Shown: positions 8,393-17,204 of the stretch, piece after piece | Numbering within the stretch: the stretch's first letter is position 1 | How the letters are laid out: every line of letters begins with the position of its first letter | DNA from: Candidatus Krumholzibacteriales bacterium | GTDB taxonomy: Bacteria; Krumholzibacteriota; Krumholzibacteriia; Krumholzibacteriales; WJIX01 | Direction: 5' to 3' | DNA length: 33,679 bases | Assembly: GCA_046483305.1 (NCBI GenBank) | Contig: JAWODM010000078.1 | Span: 1 to 33,679, forward strand | The notes under the pieces: model-generated | Told to the model about the DNA's origin: nothing | Seen by the model: only the letters and a program-made list of their open reading frames with translations | Databases searched by the model: none | Position numbers and translations under genes: made by a program

Positions 8393-9760
8393 CTAGAATA
8401 TAAGGTAAATGAACATTACTACAATTATTATCGAAATGGCGGTAATCACTGATCCTCCCTTAATCATGGTTTTTACGTCGACCAGCCCTGAACCGTAAGC
8501 TATGGCGTTGGGAGGCGTGCTGATCGGCAGAATCATCGCCGCGGAAGCGGCCAGGGCTACTACCACTGCGCTGGTTTCCGGCGCCACAGCGGGAACTCCC
8601 ACTACAATCGGGATCAGAAGATTGGCGGTAGCGCTGTTCGAAATAAATGTGGTCATCAGAGCGGCTGCTGCGGCGAAGATAAACAGGATCAGGAGTATTT
8701 CCATCCCGGAAAACGGTATCAGGCCAACGATCCAACTGCTCAGGCCGCTTTCTCTCATCGCTATGCCAAGGCTCATTCCCCCGCCGATAATAAATAATAT
8801 TCCCCAACCCAGTTCATTCAGGTCGTCTCCGTCAAGGAACCTCAGCCCAAAGAACACCACGAACGGTATAAGCGCTACAATGGAGGAAGGTATTCCGTGC
8901 AGGCTATTGGTCAGCCATAGAGCGACCACCACCAGGAATACCGCCAGGATGAACTTCGATTTCCTGTCCACCGGTTCCCGCTCCCCGCCGTCCAAGCTTA
9001 TTCTGTCAATTCCAGCCGGGAAAATCCTGCACAGGATAAACCAGCATGCCGCGATCAGTATTATCACCACCGGGATGCCCCGCAGCATCCAGTCTATGAA
9101 ACTGATATCCATCTCCATCTGGTTGAGTATCCCCATCGCGATAGCGTTTGGAGGCGTCCCGATAGGTGTTCCGATGCCCCCTATGTTGGCCGAAAAAGGT
9201 ATCCCCAGTATCAGCGCCTTTCTGAACAATTCATCTTCCGGGAAGCTCTTGACTATAGGTATCGCCACCGTGACCATCAATGCCGTGGTCGCCGTGTTGG
9301 ATATCCACATGGAGAGGAAGGCGGTGGTGACCATCATTCCGAGCAAAAATACCGAAGGCCTGGTTCCCACCCTTGCCAGGATGCCCCGTGATATCCGTTC
9401 GTCCAGGCCGTAGCGGTTCACTGCCTTGGCCATTACGAATCCGCCCAGAAACAGAACTACCACCGGGTCGAAAAAGGGCGCCAGGAAAACAGCATACTGG
9501 TTCCCTGTCATGTTAAGGGGGCCTCCCTCTCTGGCCAGCAGAATTACTTCCAGTATCACTATGACGAACGAGGTTACGTAAAGCGGGAAGGGTTCCAGCA
9601 CCCAGAGTATCGCCGCGGTGGTGAAGATGCCGAGGGTTATCCGGCCGGCTTCGGACAGGCCGGGGAGGCTGAGGCTGCTCACCGCAAAACCGGCGGCCAG
9701 CGCGGCTGTCAGTATTATCAGGGTCTTTATATTCTCTCTGGTGAGAATTATAAACTTCAT
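8393..9760 (-). CDS. DASS/SLC13 family Na+-coupled anion (di/tricarboxylate or sulfate) symporter
   Basis: LFLGGF, FLSMWISNTAT, SANIGGIGTPIGTPPNAI, FISNSATA and LPISTPPNAIAY. Start set at MKFIIL (ATG 9760); the longer ORF to 10111 overlaps the PAP2 gene. Confidence 0.93.
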   Translation of the reverse strand: MKFIILTRENIKTLIILTAALAAGFAVSSLSLPGLSEAGRITLGIFTTAAILWVLEPFPLYVTSFVIVILEVILLAREGGPLNMTGNQYAVFLAPFFDPVVVLFLGGFVMAKAVNRYGLDERISRGILARVGTRPSVFLLGMMVTTAFLSMWISNTATTALMVTVAIPIVKSFPEDELFRKALILGIPFSANIGGIGTPIGTPPNAIAMGILNQMEMDISFIDWMLRGIPVVIILIAACWFILCRIFPAGIDRISLDGGEREPVDRKSKFILAVFLVVVALWLTNSLHGIPSSIVALIPFVVFFGLRFLDGDDLNELGWGILFIIGGGMSLGIAMRESGLSSWIVGLIPFSGMEILLILFIFAAAAALMTTFISNSATANLLIPIVVGVPAVAPETSAVVVALAASAAMILPISTPPNAIAYGSGLVDVKTMIKGGSVITAISIIIVVMFIYLIF

Positions 9761-9825
9761 GTCCGCTCCGGTTGAAATATGTGGTGAAAATAAAACAAAA
9801 CCTGGAGAAGTAAAGTGAAAACTTG

Positions 9826-10581
9826 TTAATCGTCCCTGTCTGCCGGCGAGTACCTTCTGAATATAAGGTAGCCCGGAATCGCTATCATCAGGCCGAGAAC
9901 TATTCCCCCCAGGGTATCGAGAGGCCAGTGAACGCCTGTATAAATACGCGAGAAGGAAACCGCGGCCGCTATTACTGCCAGAGGGATAAGGGCCTTTCTG
10001 TAAACAAGCCCCAGGAAGATAAGAGATGAAGTAATATTGGCGGCATGAGCGGATGGAAAGGAAAAGGAAGATTTGTAAGCGCGGGTTATCGCGGCCGGGG
10101 TGGTAATCCACCCGAAATCATCGTTCCAGAACCGCACTGAGCCAAGGACTTCGCACGGCCGGAGCCTTTGAAAGAGTGGTTTGAAAACCGAGCTGGTCAG
10201 CTGGTCGGAGACGGCCACTATCGGGATCAGGGCAAGAGCCGCCCACCTTCCCCGGCTGCCGCCGAATATCACCAGCGCCGACCAGATCAGAAGAACTATG
10301 ATCCTGAAATTTTCGAAATCGGTTATAAATGGCATCACCCTGTCCAGGAAGCTGTTCGACAGGGTGGAGTTGATAAAACGGAATATCCTGGTGTCCGGGG
10401 AAGATTCAGTCTGAATTCTGCTCCAGCCTGAATTCTCCGCCGGTTGGCGGCTCAACCGGAATTCCCTGTCAGCCGCTTCTGTCGAGTCGCCGGCCATGCT
10501 CTCCGGGCGGGCCTCCGAAGCTCCGGTGGCCAGTATTATCATCGCCAGTGCCGCGATCTTGTTCAGGATTGGTTTCTTCAA
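9826..10581 (-). CDS. PAP2 family phosphatase (undecaprenyl-PP / lipid phosphatase type)
   Basis: K-X6-RP (KPLFQRLRP), SFPSAHA and SRIYTGVHWPLD motifs; transmembrane segments; TTG start with GGGAGG RBS. Confidence 0.92.
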   Translation of the reverse strand: MKKPILNKIAALAMIILATGASEARPESMAGDSTEAADREFRLSRQPAENSGWSRIQTESSPDTRIFRFINSTLSNSFLDRVMPFITDFENFRIIVLLIWSALVIFGGSRGRWAALALIPIVAVSDQLTSSVFKPLFQRLRPCEVLGSVRFWNDDFGWITTPAAITRAYKSSFSFPSAHAANITSSLIFLGLVYRKALIPLAVIAAAVSFSRIYTGVHWPLDTLGGIVLGLMIAIPGYLIFRRYSPADRDD

Positions 10582-10604
10582 GCTCCCCTCCCGCTGTAAT
10601 AACT

Positions 10605-10636
10605 ATACGGAGCGGGCAATACTCCCCGCTCCGTAT
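10605..10636. terminator. 12-bp perfect inverted repeat; probable terminator or mRNA hairpin after the outer-membrane protein gene
   Basis: ATACGGAGCGGG-caatactc-CCCGCTCCGTAT between the OMP stop and the PAP2 start; the U-tract is weak on both strands. Confidence 0.55.
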
Positions 10637-10693
10637 TTATTAACGGGTTGGATTTGCTGCCCCTTCGCCGGGTGGGCAAAGGCCCGGTGGGCC

Positions 10694-11314
10694 CTAAAAG
10701 ATAATACCTGCTGTCAGCCCGAAATAGTTGGCGTTATCGTCCGCGAAGACGATATGCACTTCCGGCCTGATTTCCCAGGTGAAAGATTCCGACTGTTCTA
10801 TGATTATTCCGCCGCCGAAACAGATACCCAGGTCTATTTCGGAGTCGTCAACTTTCACGGTCTCTTCAGGAACGCCCGGGATATTGTAGTCGGTTTCCCA
10901 TTCGTAATCGAAGGCGAACCGGTAGAATCCAAGCCCTCCCTGGGCGTATAATCTCTTGTTGCTCCCTTCGCTCCTGTTGAAGAAATACCTTACCTTGGGG
11001 ACGAATTCTATCATCGATCCGGAACCATCAACGTTGTCTCCTCCAAAATCACTGTCGATGCCCCAGCGGTTATAGGTAATGGAGCCGCCGATATGGATAT
11101 TATCCCTGTACTTCGCAAATCCGTCCATTCCCAGACAGAATCCCATCGTGAACAAATCGCCAAGGTCTCCGAACGGCATTGATAACCCCGCTCTGGCGGT
11201 GTATTCAATCCTGTCCAGCAGGCTGCCGCTGTCAGATTCGGCCTCCTGCGCCGCGGCTGCGGAGGGGAGCACAAAGGCGGCTGCAATGAGCAGAACGATC
11301 AGTCTTCTTGTCAC
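10694..11314 (-). CDS. Outer membrane beta-barrel protein (small, OmpA-TM/OmpW-like)
   Basis: GTG start at 11314 after AGGAGG; signal peptide ending AAA-Q; alternating amphipathic strands (LYAQGGLGFY); terminal Phe (YFGLTAGIIF). Confidence 0.85.
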   Translation of the reverse strand: MTRRLIVLLIAAAFVLPSAAAAQEAESDSGSLLDRIEYTARAGLSMPFGDLGDLFTMGFCLGMDGFAKYRDNIHIGGSITYNRWGIDSDFGGDNVDGSGSMIEFVPKVRYFFNRSEGSNKRLYAQGGLGFYRFAFDYEWETDYNIPGVPEETVKVDDSEIDLGICFGGGIIIEQSESFTWEIRPEVHIVFADDNANYFGLTAGIIF

Positions 11315-11586
11315 TTCAATCCTCCTTTTACAAATTTCTGAACACGGTTCATTCCGGCGCTGAGCCGCGTTCAAGAGCTACCTTTTGAATTTATTCTGCA
11401 GAATGACATTAATTTCGAAATAATACAAGAACTGATTATTAAAAAATATTCAGATATTCTAACTTTCAGGCCAGTAATTAAACTGAAAAGGCCGGAGCCG
11501 GCGGGAAATGCATGTTCGGGCCAGCCGGCTGGCCGGGATATATTATGAAACTGGCTGATGAACTGTCTTTCTATGAACCTGCCGGT

Positions 11587-13158
11587 TTATTCCTCCGCCC
11601 CGGCCGGCTTCTCTTTCATCTCTTTGCCGTGCCGGGCTTTCCAGGTCCGGGTTTTCAGAATTCTTAATATCGATTCAGCCACTTCCAGCGACCTCAGCGC
11701 TCTGGAACAGGAGTAGTCGCTGAGATAGCGGACCGACGCTTCCCGGTCATCCCGGTAGAGCTTCAGCGCGGTTTTTTCCACCGGCCCCTGCATTTCGAAC
11801 TGGAATTTCTCGAACTCTCCCCATCTTCCACGGACATAATCTATTACATTACCGTAATCGAGGTCGACCAGGTTGGCCATCAGCCCGAACAGGCATGACG
11901 CAGATTGGTTATCGAACTGGTCGACCGATTCCGGCATATTGAAATGGAAATCGTGCAGGTCCTGCTGCGGGTCCGGCGGCGAAACGGACTGAAATGGCTC
12001 TGGTATTTCGGTGGCGCATAGATACCAGGGCACGAAACCGCTGCTGCAGGGCTGGAAGAGAGCTCTCCATATTACTGTCCCGATCTCCCGGGGCATTTCT
12101 TCGCGCTGCTGAATGACAGTGGTCCGGTGGGTTCGGTAAGTGCATACCGGGCGGCTGCTGTTGCGGTGAGGCGAGCGACGGTAATCTTCCGAATCGTCCA
12201 GCATTGTACCCTCATAATGGGTTCTCATGATATCCATGGCGTCCCGCAGAGAGATCTTCCTGTCCGGCTTGACAGATACCGGCATTTTCCCGGCGTCCGC
12301 TTCCTCTAACGAGAGGGAGAAGCCGCGGTTTGCCATCTTCGCTATTATCCACTGCCGGCGGGTGTTCCTGGGGTCGGTGTAACTGCCCGGATCGGCGTAG
12401 GCCCTTGCAAAATCGAACTCCCCGTCGGTATCAGGATCGTACCATCCCCTCTTCTCCGCGTATCTTATCAGATCCGGCGAGCAGATAAAGTTGTCCCGGT
12501 CGTTCATATCCACTTCATGGATGGTGTAGGTGTTGGCGAGGGGTATCACCTCATCATCCCTGACCCGGCGGGCGGCGTACTGCTTTCCCCGGACCATCTG
12601 CAGCATCCATGCTTCTTTCCTTCCCACTATGTTCAGGGTTCGCCCGGAGCCCCGGTAACCGTAACGGTCCAGGAGCTCGGCGGCCAGCTGAACCGCCTCC
12701 CTGGCGGTTCTGCACCTCTCGGCCAGGATTATGCGCAGCCTCCATCCTATCCCGCCCTTGACCAGGCCGCCTCTCTCTTCAACCTCCTCTATGGAATCCT
12801 CCCGGGAAGGGCAGGCGTCGCTCCCCAGGGCCAGTCCCCATTCATTGACCACCGCGTTGGAATATTCAGTGCCGGGGGGCTGATCCCAGAAGAAGCCGTA
12901 GGTTTTCTCCGCCTGAGGGATACTGTTCCCGCTGACCAGCTTGATCATGGTCCCCTCCGGATGCTCCCGCGGGGGGATGTACCAGAGGAAGTCCTTGTAA
13001 ATACCTGTGTCATCCTCAGTTTTAGCGAAAATTATCGAACCGTCCTCGGTTACTCCCTTCCCGGCTATAAAGGTGGTGCAGGTCAGGCCTGCCACGGGCA
13101 GAAGCAGAACGATAAGAACCGGAAGTGCCGGGATGATCGATCGCCTTGGATTTTTCAT
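11587..13158 (-). CDS. Secreted C69 family dipeptidase (Ntn hydrolase)
   Basis: Signal peptide followed by CTTFIAGK.VTEDGS.IFAKTED, VNEWGL, AERCRTAREAV, EAW, AARRV.DD, AN and MRTHYEGT. Confidence 0.9.
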   Translation of the reverse strand: MKNPRRSIIPALPVLIVLLLPVAGLTCTTFIAGKGVTEDGSIIFAKTEDDTGIYKDFLWYIPPREHPEGTMIKLVSGNSIPQAEKTYGFFWDQPPGTEYSNAVVNEWGLALGSDACPSREDSIEEVEERGGLVKGGIGWRLRIILAERCRTAREAVQLAAELLDRYGYRGSGRTLNIVGRKEAWMLQMVRGKQYAARRVRDDEVIPLANTYTIHEVDMNDRDNFICSPDLIRYAEKRGWYDPDTDGEFDFARAYADPGSYTDPRNTRRQWIIAKMANRGFSLSLEEADAGKMPVSVKPDRKISLRDAMDIMRTHYEGTMLDDSEDYRRSPHRNSSRPVCTYRTHRTTVIQQREEMPREIGTVIWRALFQPCSSGFVPWYLCATEIPEPFQSVSPPDPQQDLHDFHFNMPESVDQFDNQSASCLFGLMANLVDLDYGNVIDYVRGRWGEFEKFQFEMQGPVEKTALKLYRDDREASVRYLSDYSCSRALRSLEVAESILRILKTRTWKARHGKEMKEKPAGAEE

Positions 13159-13328
13159 TATTTCTCCTCTCCGGAATCTCTCCAGCCGCCCCGGACGGGG
13201 CCGAATCCATTTCTAGTTCACAACTGCGGATTCTATCTAGATAATATCTTTTAAGCAAGGGCTGATTGCGCCGGGCCGGGCTGTTTCAAGCCACCGGCGA
13301 TGTTAATGATCCCGGCCGCCCCTGGATC

Positions 13329-14102
13329 TCAGCTCTGTGATTCTTCCATATCCTTCAGCCGGGAATAGAGCTCTTCGACTCTTCCTGCGATGAAGAGGCT
13401 TCCCACGCTTTTTGCCATTTTTTCAGCGGGTGACAGTTTTTCCATCCTGTTCCGGTACAGATTACTGTCTCTGAGGTCCCTTATCTCCCTGCCGCAGAAT
13501 TCCGATATCCTCCCGATGTAATTGTCTCCGGCGCCGCTCATGAATTTGTTGTAATCTATGAACAGGAACTGATTGCCGCCCTCCCGGCAGTATTCCATTA
13601 TATTGCGGTTGTGCAGGTACCAGGAGTTCAGGCCCCCGGCGGTTCTCCCGATTCTCTTGAGCATCCTGATGTTCCGTACCGACCTGGCCAGGTGGGCTGC
13701 CACTTCATAAGGATTTCGGAATGAGACCAGCACCCGGTGCTCTGGCAGGTATCTCTTCCAGGCCCGGTAGGTCATGCAGGTGCGGGGATCCTTGAACCCC
13801 CAGCTCTCATGCCTGGAATTCAATTCGGCAATTCTCGTTTCCAGCAGGCTGCCCAGGGCCCGGGGGTGCTTCGAGAGGGAAAGGTCTTCGGCGGTCTTCA
13901 CGATATCCGAGCTGAAGGTGGATATTCTGATGTCAAGCATAGCTGTATTATAGATCAGGAATTCCAGCCTTTCGTATTTGTTTCCTGCGTCGTAAGAAGC
14001 TTCCCCGCAGGGCTCCCCGCGCATATTTATTCCTGATTCATGCAGCATCCGCGATATAAGGGTGGTTCCCGATTTATGCATACCCAGAAGTACGAATATC
14101 AT
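13329..14102 (-). CDS. Sulfotransferase family protein (PAPS-binding fold)
   Basis: VLGMHKSGTT 5'-phosphosulfate loop, WGFKDPR and RNPYEVA.HL; start overlaps the flippase stop (ATGA at 14099-14102). Confidence 0.85.
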   Translation of the reverse strand: MIFVLLGMHKSGTTLISRMLHESGINMRGEPCGEASYDAGNKYERLEFLIYNTAMLDIRISTFSSDIVKTAEDLSLSKHPRALGSLLETRIAELNSRHESWGFKDPRTCMTYRAWKRYLPEHRVLVSFRNPYEVAAHLARSVRNIRMLKRIGRTAGGLNSWYLHNRNIMEYCREGGNQFLFIDYNKFMSGAGDNYIGRISEFCGREIRDLRDSNLYRNRMEKLSPAEKMAKSVGSLFIAGRVEELYSRLKDMEESQS

Positions 14103-15568
14103 TTCCTCGCTCCTTCAATTTGTTCCCTTATTTTAGCCATCACCCTTGAAATACTTATCAGGCCGAATCTGTCAAACAGCGCTGCCAGTACCGCCGAATA
14201 AATGGCGAACCCCGCTATTATCCGGTATATGTTTCCTATATCGGCAAGTTTAACGGATATGGCCGGAATTATCGAGACGATCGAAAGCAGAAGAATGGTT
14301 ATCATTCTCTTCCAGGGGAGCCATTCTCCAAAGGAAAGGCCCAGGATTTTCCCGGAGATGTAAACCTGGTAGAGGACATTAACGGATGATGCAGTAACGG
14401 CGGAGATTACGCCCCCCATGATTCCGAAATACCTGATCAGCACCAGCCCCAGCCCCACTCCGGATATCATGGAATAGATGTTGGCCTTTAATGTGTATCC
14501 GGTGTTGTTGCTGGCCTTGAGTATCGATCCTCTGGCCAGCATATACCCCAGGTAGATCAGAATGAATATCCTGAATACCGGTACCGCTTCCAGATATTCC
14601 GCGGTGAAAAGAAAGGTGATTATCTCGGTGGCGAAGATTTCGCAGAAGAGAATGACAGGTATGGTGAACAGGCAGTAATAGAATATGACCTTATGCCATA
14701 GCTCCGCCATCCGGTCTTTCCTCCCCGCTCTGTAATATTCCGCAATCCTTGGCAGCGCGGTGTTCCCGATAGATAGATATGCTATGTCCAGGGGTATCCG
14801 AAGCGTTCCGATGGTATAAACCGCGTACCCGGAAGCGCTGAGATAAGCGGTAAGGATGAATCTGTCCGCTTTTCTGCCTACTTCACCTATCAGTTTTCCT
14901 CCGCCCAGCGGAAGGGCATACCTGATCTGGCGAAGGGCCTGCACCCTGCTGATGCTGGATAACCGGCATGGGAAACGGTAACGAAATACCATATATGTCA
15001 CCAGTACGGCCAGTTTCAGCAATCCATAGAGGATCAGCCCGAAAAGGATCATGGAAACATCGTTGTAGATGTAAGCAAACAGTATGGCGAAGGCGGTCCG
15101 GGTTGAATTGTCCAGCAGGAGAAACAGCAGCAGCCTTCTGGCTTCGCGCTCCAGTATCAGAAGAGTTTCGAAGAAAAAGGAGATGAAGAACAGTACTATG
15201 TATATCCCGGTGTTTCTTATTACCTCCGGGTCGTCCAGTCCCTTGATCAGAGAGGGGATATGGCTGGAAAAGAGCCCGTAAAGAACGGAAAAGAGAATCG
15301 CCACAGCCGTAAAGATATAGAAGGTCTGCGAAATCAGTTTTCTGTTGCTCTCGCCGTAAGAGTAGAAGTAATAGAGCGACTGGGTAATTCCCATCTGGAG
15401 CATGGCGGTAAAGAAGGCAACCAGCAGCATAGACTGCTTGTATATACCGAAATCGGTCTTGGAGAGTATCCTGACCAGAACCAGGGGCACCGCGAACATC
15501 AGGGCTGTGGCTACCACCTTCCCCGTGAACAGCGTGAACGCGTGTTTTCTGAGTGTGTATCCGCTCAA
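14099..15568 (-). CDS. Oligosaccharide flippase (Wzx / MOP family)
   Basis: LVRILS..DFG.Y, many TM helices, YALPL, D.FIL..YL....YAVY, LPRIAEY, I.FLF..EY.EA; TTG start. Confidence 0.92.
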   Translation of the reverse strand: MSGYTLRKHAFTLFTGKVVATALMFAVPLVLVRILSKTDFGIYKQSMLLVAFFTAMLQMGITQSLYYFYSYGESNRKLISQTFYIFTAVAILFSVLYGLFSSHIPSLIKGLDDPEVIRNTGIYIVLFFISFFFETLLILEREARRLLLFLLLDNSTRTAFAILFAYIYNDVSMILFGLILYGLLKLAVLVTYMVFRYRFPCRLSSISRVQALRQIRYALPLGGGKLIGEVGRKADRFILTAYLSASGYAVYTIGTLRIPLDIAYLSIGNTALPRIAEYYRAGRKDRMAELWHKVIFYYCLFTIPVILFCEIFATEIITFLFTAEYLEAVPVFRIFILIYLGYMLARGSILKASNNTGYTLKANIYSMISGVGLGLVLIRYFGIMGGVISAVTASSVNVLYQVYISGKILGLSFGEWLPWKRMITILLLSIVSIIPAISVKLADIGNIYRIIAGFAIYSAVLAALFDRFGLISISRVMAKIREQIEGARK

Positions 15569-15909
15569 TTCTTACCTGTCATTCCAAGATGGTTCCGTTC
15601 CAGCAAGGGCTTTCTTTCAACGGCCTTCCTTTTCGCCGCTTTACGGCGGAAACCCGGAAACTGCTGATATAATTATTATCATTCTTTGTGCCTGTTGGCA
15701 AAGGGTGTTTTGTGTCCGCGTATAATGTAATGATTTGAATAATCTTGAAGTTTGCTTAAATAATAAGGGGTTTTATAAATTTCTTCTTATCAGCTGTAAT
15801 AATATAAATTTTATAGATGGCAATATTAACAATATTTCCAGCTTATAGATATTAATTGCACTTATTATTTGAAATCAAGCCCTGTTTTATGCAAAATACT
15901 ATTAAAATT

Positions 15910-15946
15910 AAGAAAACATAAAACGCCGGGATAAGTATCCCGGCGT
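15910..15946 (-). terminator. Rho-independent terminator of the 15974-16687 gene
   Basis: Perfect inverted repeat ACGCCGGGATA/TATCCCGGCGT (15923-15946) followed on the minus strand by TTTATGTTTTCTT, about 27 nt after the stop. Confidence 0.85.
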
Positions 15947-15973
15947 CTGGTGTGTTGGGAATCGTATTTAATA

Positions 15974-16687
15974 TTAATTCCTATAAATAGATTTTACTGC
16001 TCCCCAGCTTGAGTCTTCAGTATCCACACTCCCAAAGAATGCTTTTACATTATCAGCGTAATGCCCATCAAATTCGGGAGAATCTCCATTATTTACATCT
16101 TCATGAGCTGCAATATGTATAGAAATGTATGTTGTGCTTTCTGGCAAATTAGAAGTAGTTAAATTAATGGTTTCCCATGTTTCTGGATTACCGTCTGTAA
16201 TAATGCTTGTGCTTTCCCTAAATACATAATTTGAATGCCAGTCCTGAGGAAATGTTGATGTATCATACCCGAATACTTCCAGAATGAATTCCCTATCTGT
16301 ATCTGTATCACCGGCAACTCTATTACAAGAATATTCCACTGAAAAGAAAAATGTGCCGCTAGCTATATCATCCTCAAATTCAGAACCGGTAACTTCTAAT
16401 ACTTGAAATAGAGAGGAATAATCAGCGCCTCCACCACTCTGAAGAGTACTTATAAAACGAACCATCTTGTTTCCCTCAAAAGGGGTTATCCCATTTTCGG
16501 CAGCAACAACTTCCGTATCGTCGTAACTCCATATACAAGTTTGGCTTGGCCAACCATTATAAGTATTGTCCTCCTCAAATCCACCATTACATAAAGGTAA
16601 ACTACAATTACCGCAGGCTTGTAATGAATAGGAATAGAAAGAAATACAAAAAAGAAATATAAATGAAGCTGTTATCAACTTTTTCAT
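15974..16687 (-). CDS. Secreted hypothetical protein (jelly-roll/CBM-like) with C-terminal WGxxKxxY motif
   Basis: MKKLITASFIFLFCISF...LQA signal peptide; NGGFE near the start and Y.DNV near the end, as in galactose-binding-like domains; ends VDTEDSSWGAVKSIYRN; GGGGG RBS-like run before ATG 16687. Confidence 0.8.
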   Translation of the reverse strand: MKKLITASFIFLFCISFYSYSLQACGNCSLPLCNGGFEEDNTYNGWPSQTCIWSYDDTEVVAAENGITPFEGNKMVRFISTLQSGGGADYSSLFQVLEVTGSEFEDDIASGTFFFSVEYSCNRVAGDTDTDREFILEVFGYDTSTFPQDWHSNYVFRESTSIITDGNPETWETINLTTSNLPESTTYISIHIAAHEDVNNGDSPEFDGHYADNVKAFFGSVDTEDSSWGAVKSIYRN

Positions 16688-16818
16688 TTTAGCCCCCAAA
16701 GTTTAAATTAGTGATTCCCTAATTCCCTATATTCAATATTTTTAATCTATCCCCCCCTTCTTTATAATAATCTTTAGCTATTAACTTAACAATTTAGCTT
16801 ATATGATTTAAATATATT

Positions 16819-16834
16819 TGCAACTAGTATACCA
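16819..16834 (-). promoter_or_regulatory. Sigma-54 (-24/-12) promoter candidate for the secreted protein gene
   Basis: Minus strand TGGTATACTAGTTGCA = GG-N10-GC with TTGCA, oriented toward the ATG at 16687, about 130 nt away. Confidence 0.6.
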
Positions 16835-16937
16835 TAAACATAATCAAGGAGCAGGAAGCCCTTAACATCAACAATTTGTATAAGTTACATTAATATAAAT
16901 TGTAATAGCAATCTGGATTAATAGATATAAGAACAAC

Positions 16938-17029
16938 ATATTTGTTACAAATATTTAGAATGTTGGGCAATTGAGTCCAAGTCTATAACGTTTATTAACG
17001 TTGTTGTTACAAAATAACCAAATTGTTAC
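16938..17029. promoter_or_regulatory. Candidate transcription-factor sites: three TTGTTAC copies and a perfect palindrome
   Basis: ATATTTGT-T-ACAAATAT (16938-16954); TTGTTAC at 16942, 17004 and 17023, in a divergent intergenic region. Confidence 0.4.
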
Positions 17030-17204
17030 TAAGGAATGTCTAAATGAAGCTAAGAATAATTGATATTAAATGATAATTTATTGATGCAATATGGGTTTAT
17101 TTAATTTAACCATAAAACGAAAGAAATAAATTCAGCTGGACAATGAACTTTTATAACTTAAAATATAACCTGAAGTAATGTTTATTTAAATGGTGAGCGA
17201 CATT

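Larger units (their letters stand above)
15720..17200. other. AT-rich islet containing one secreted-protein gene
   Basis: Abrupt visible shift from GC-rich flanks to strongly AT-rich DNA, including A/T-ending codons in the 15974-16687 gene. Boundaries are approximate. Confidence 0.75.

Noticed and set aside
7404..9413. Long plus-strand ORFs 7404-8174 and 8502-9413 (likewise 12517-13254, 19573-20448 and 21019-21762)
   Set aside because: Antisense shadows of confidently assigned genes.
9761..10111. N-terminal extension of the DASS transporter given in the ORF track
   Set aside because: It overlaps the PAP2 gene in another frame and does not resemble a transporter; ATG 9760 gives a normal length.
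3226..13328. GCCGG-rich intergenic patches (about 3230-3275, 11490-11540, 13265-13325) as a REP-like family
   Set aside because: No shared sequence beyond short CCGG words, which are common throughout this window.
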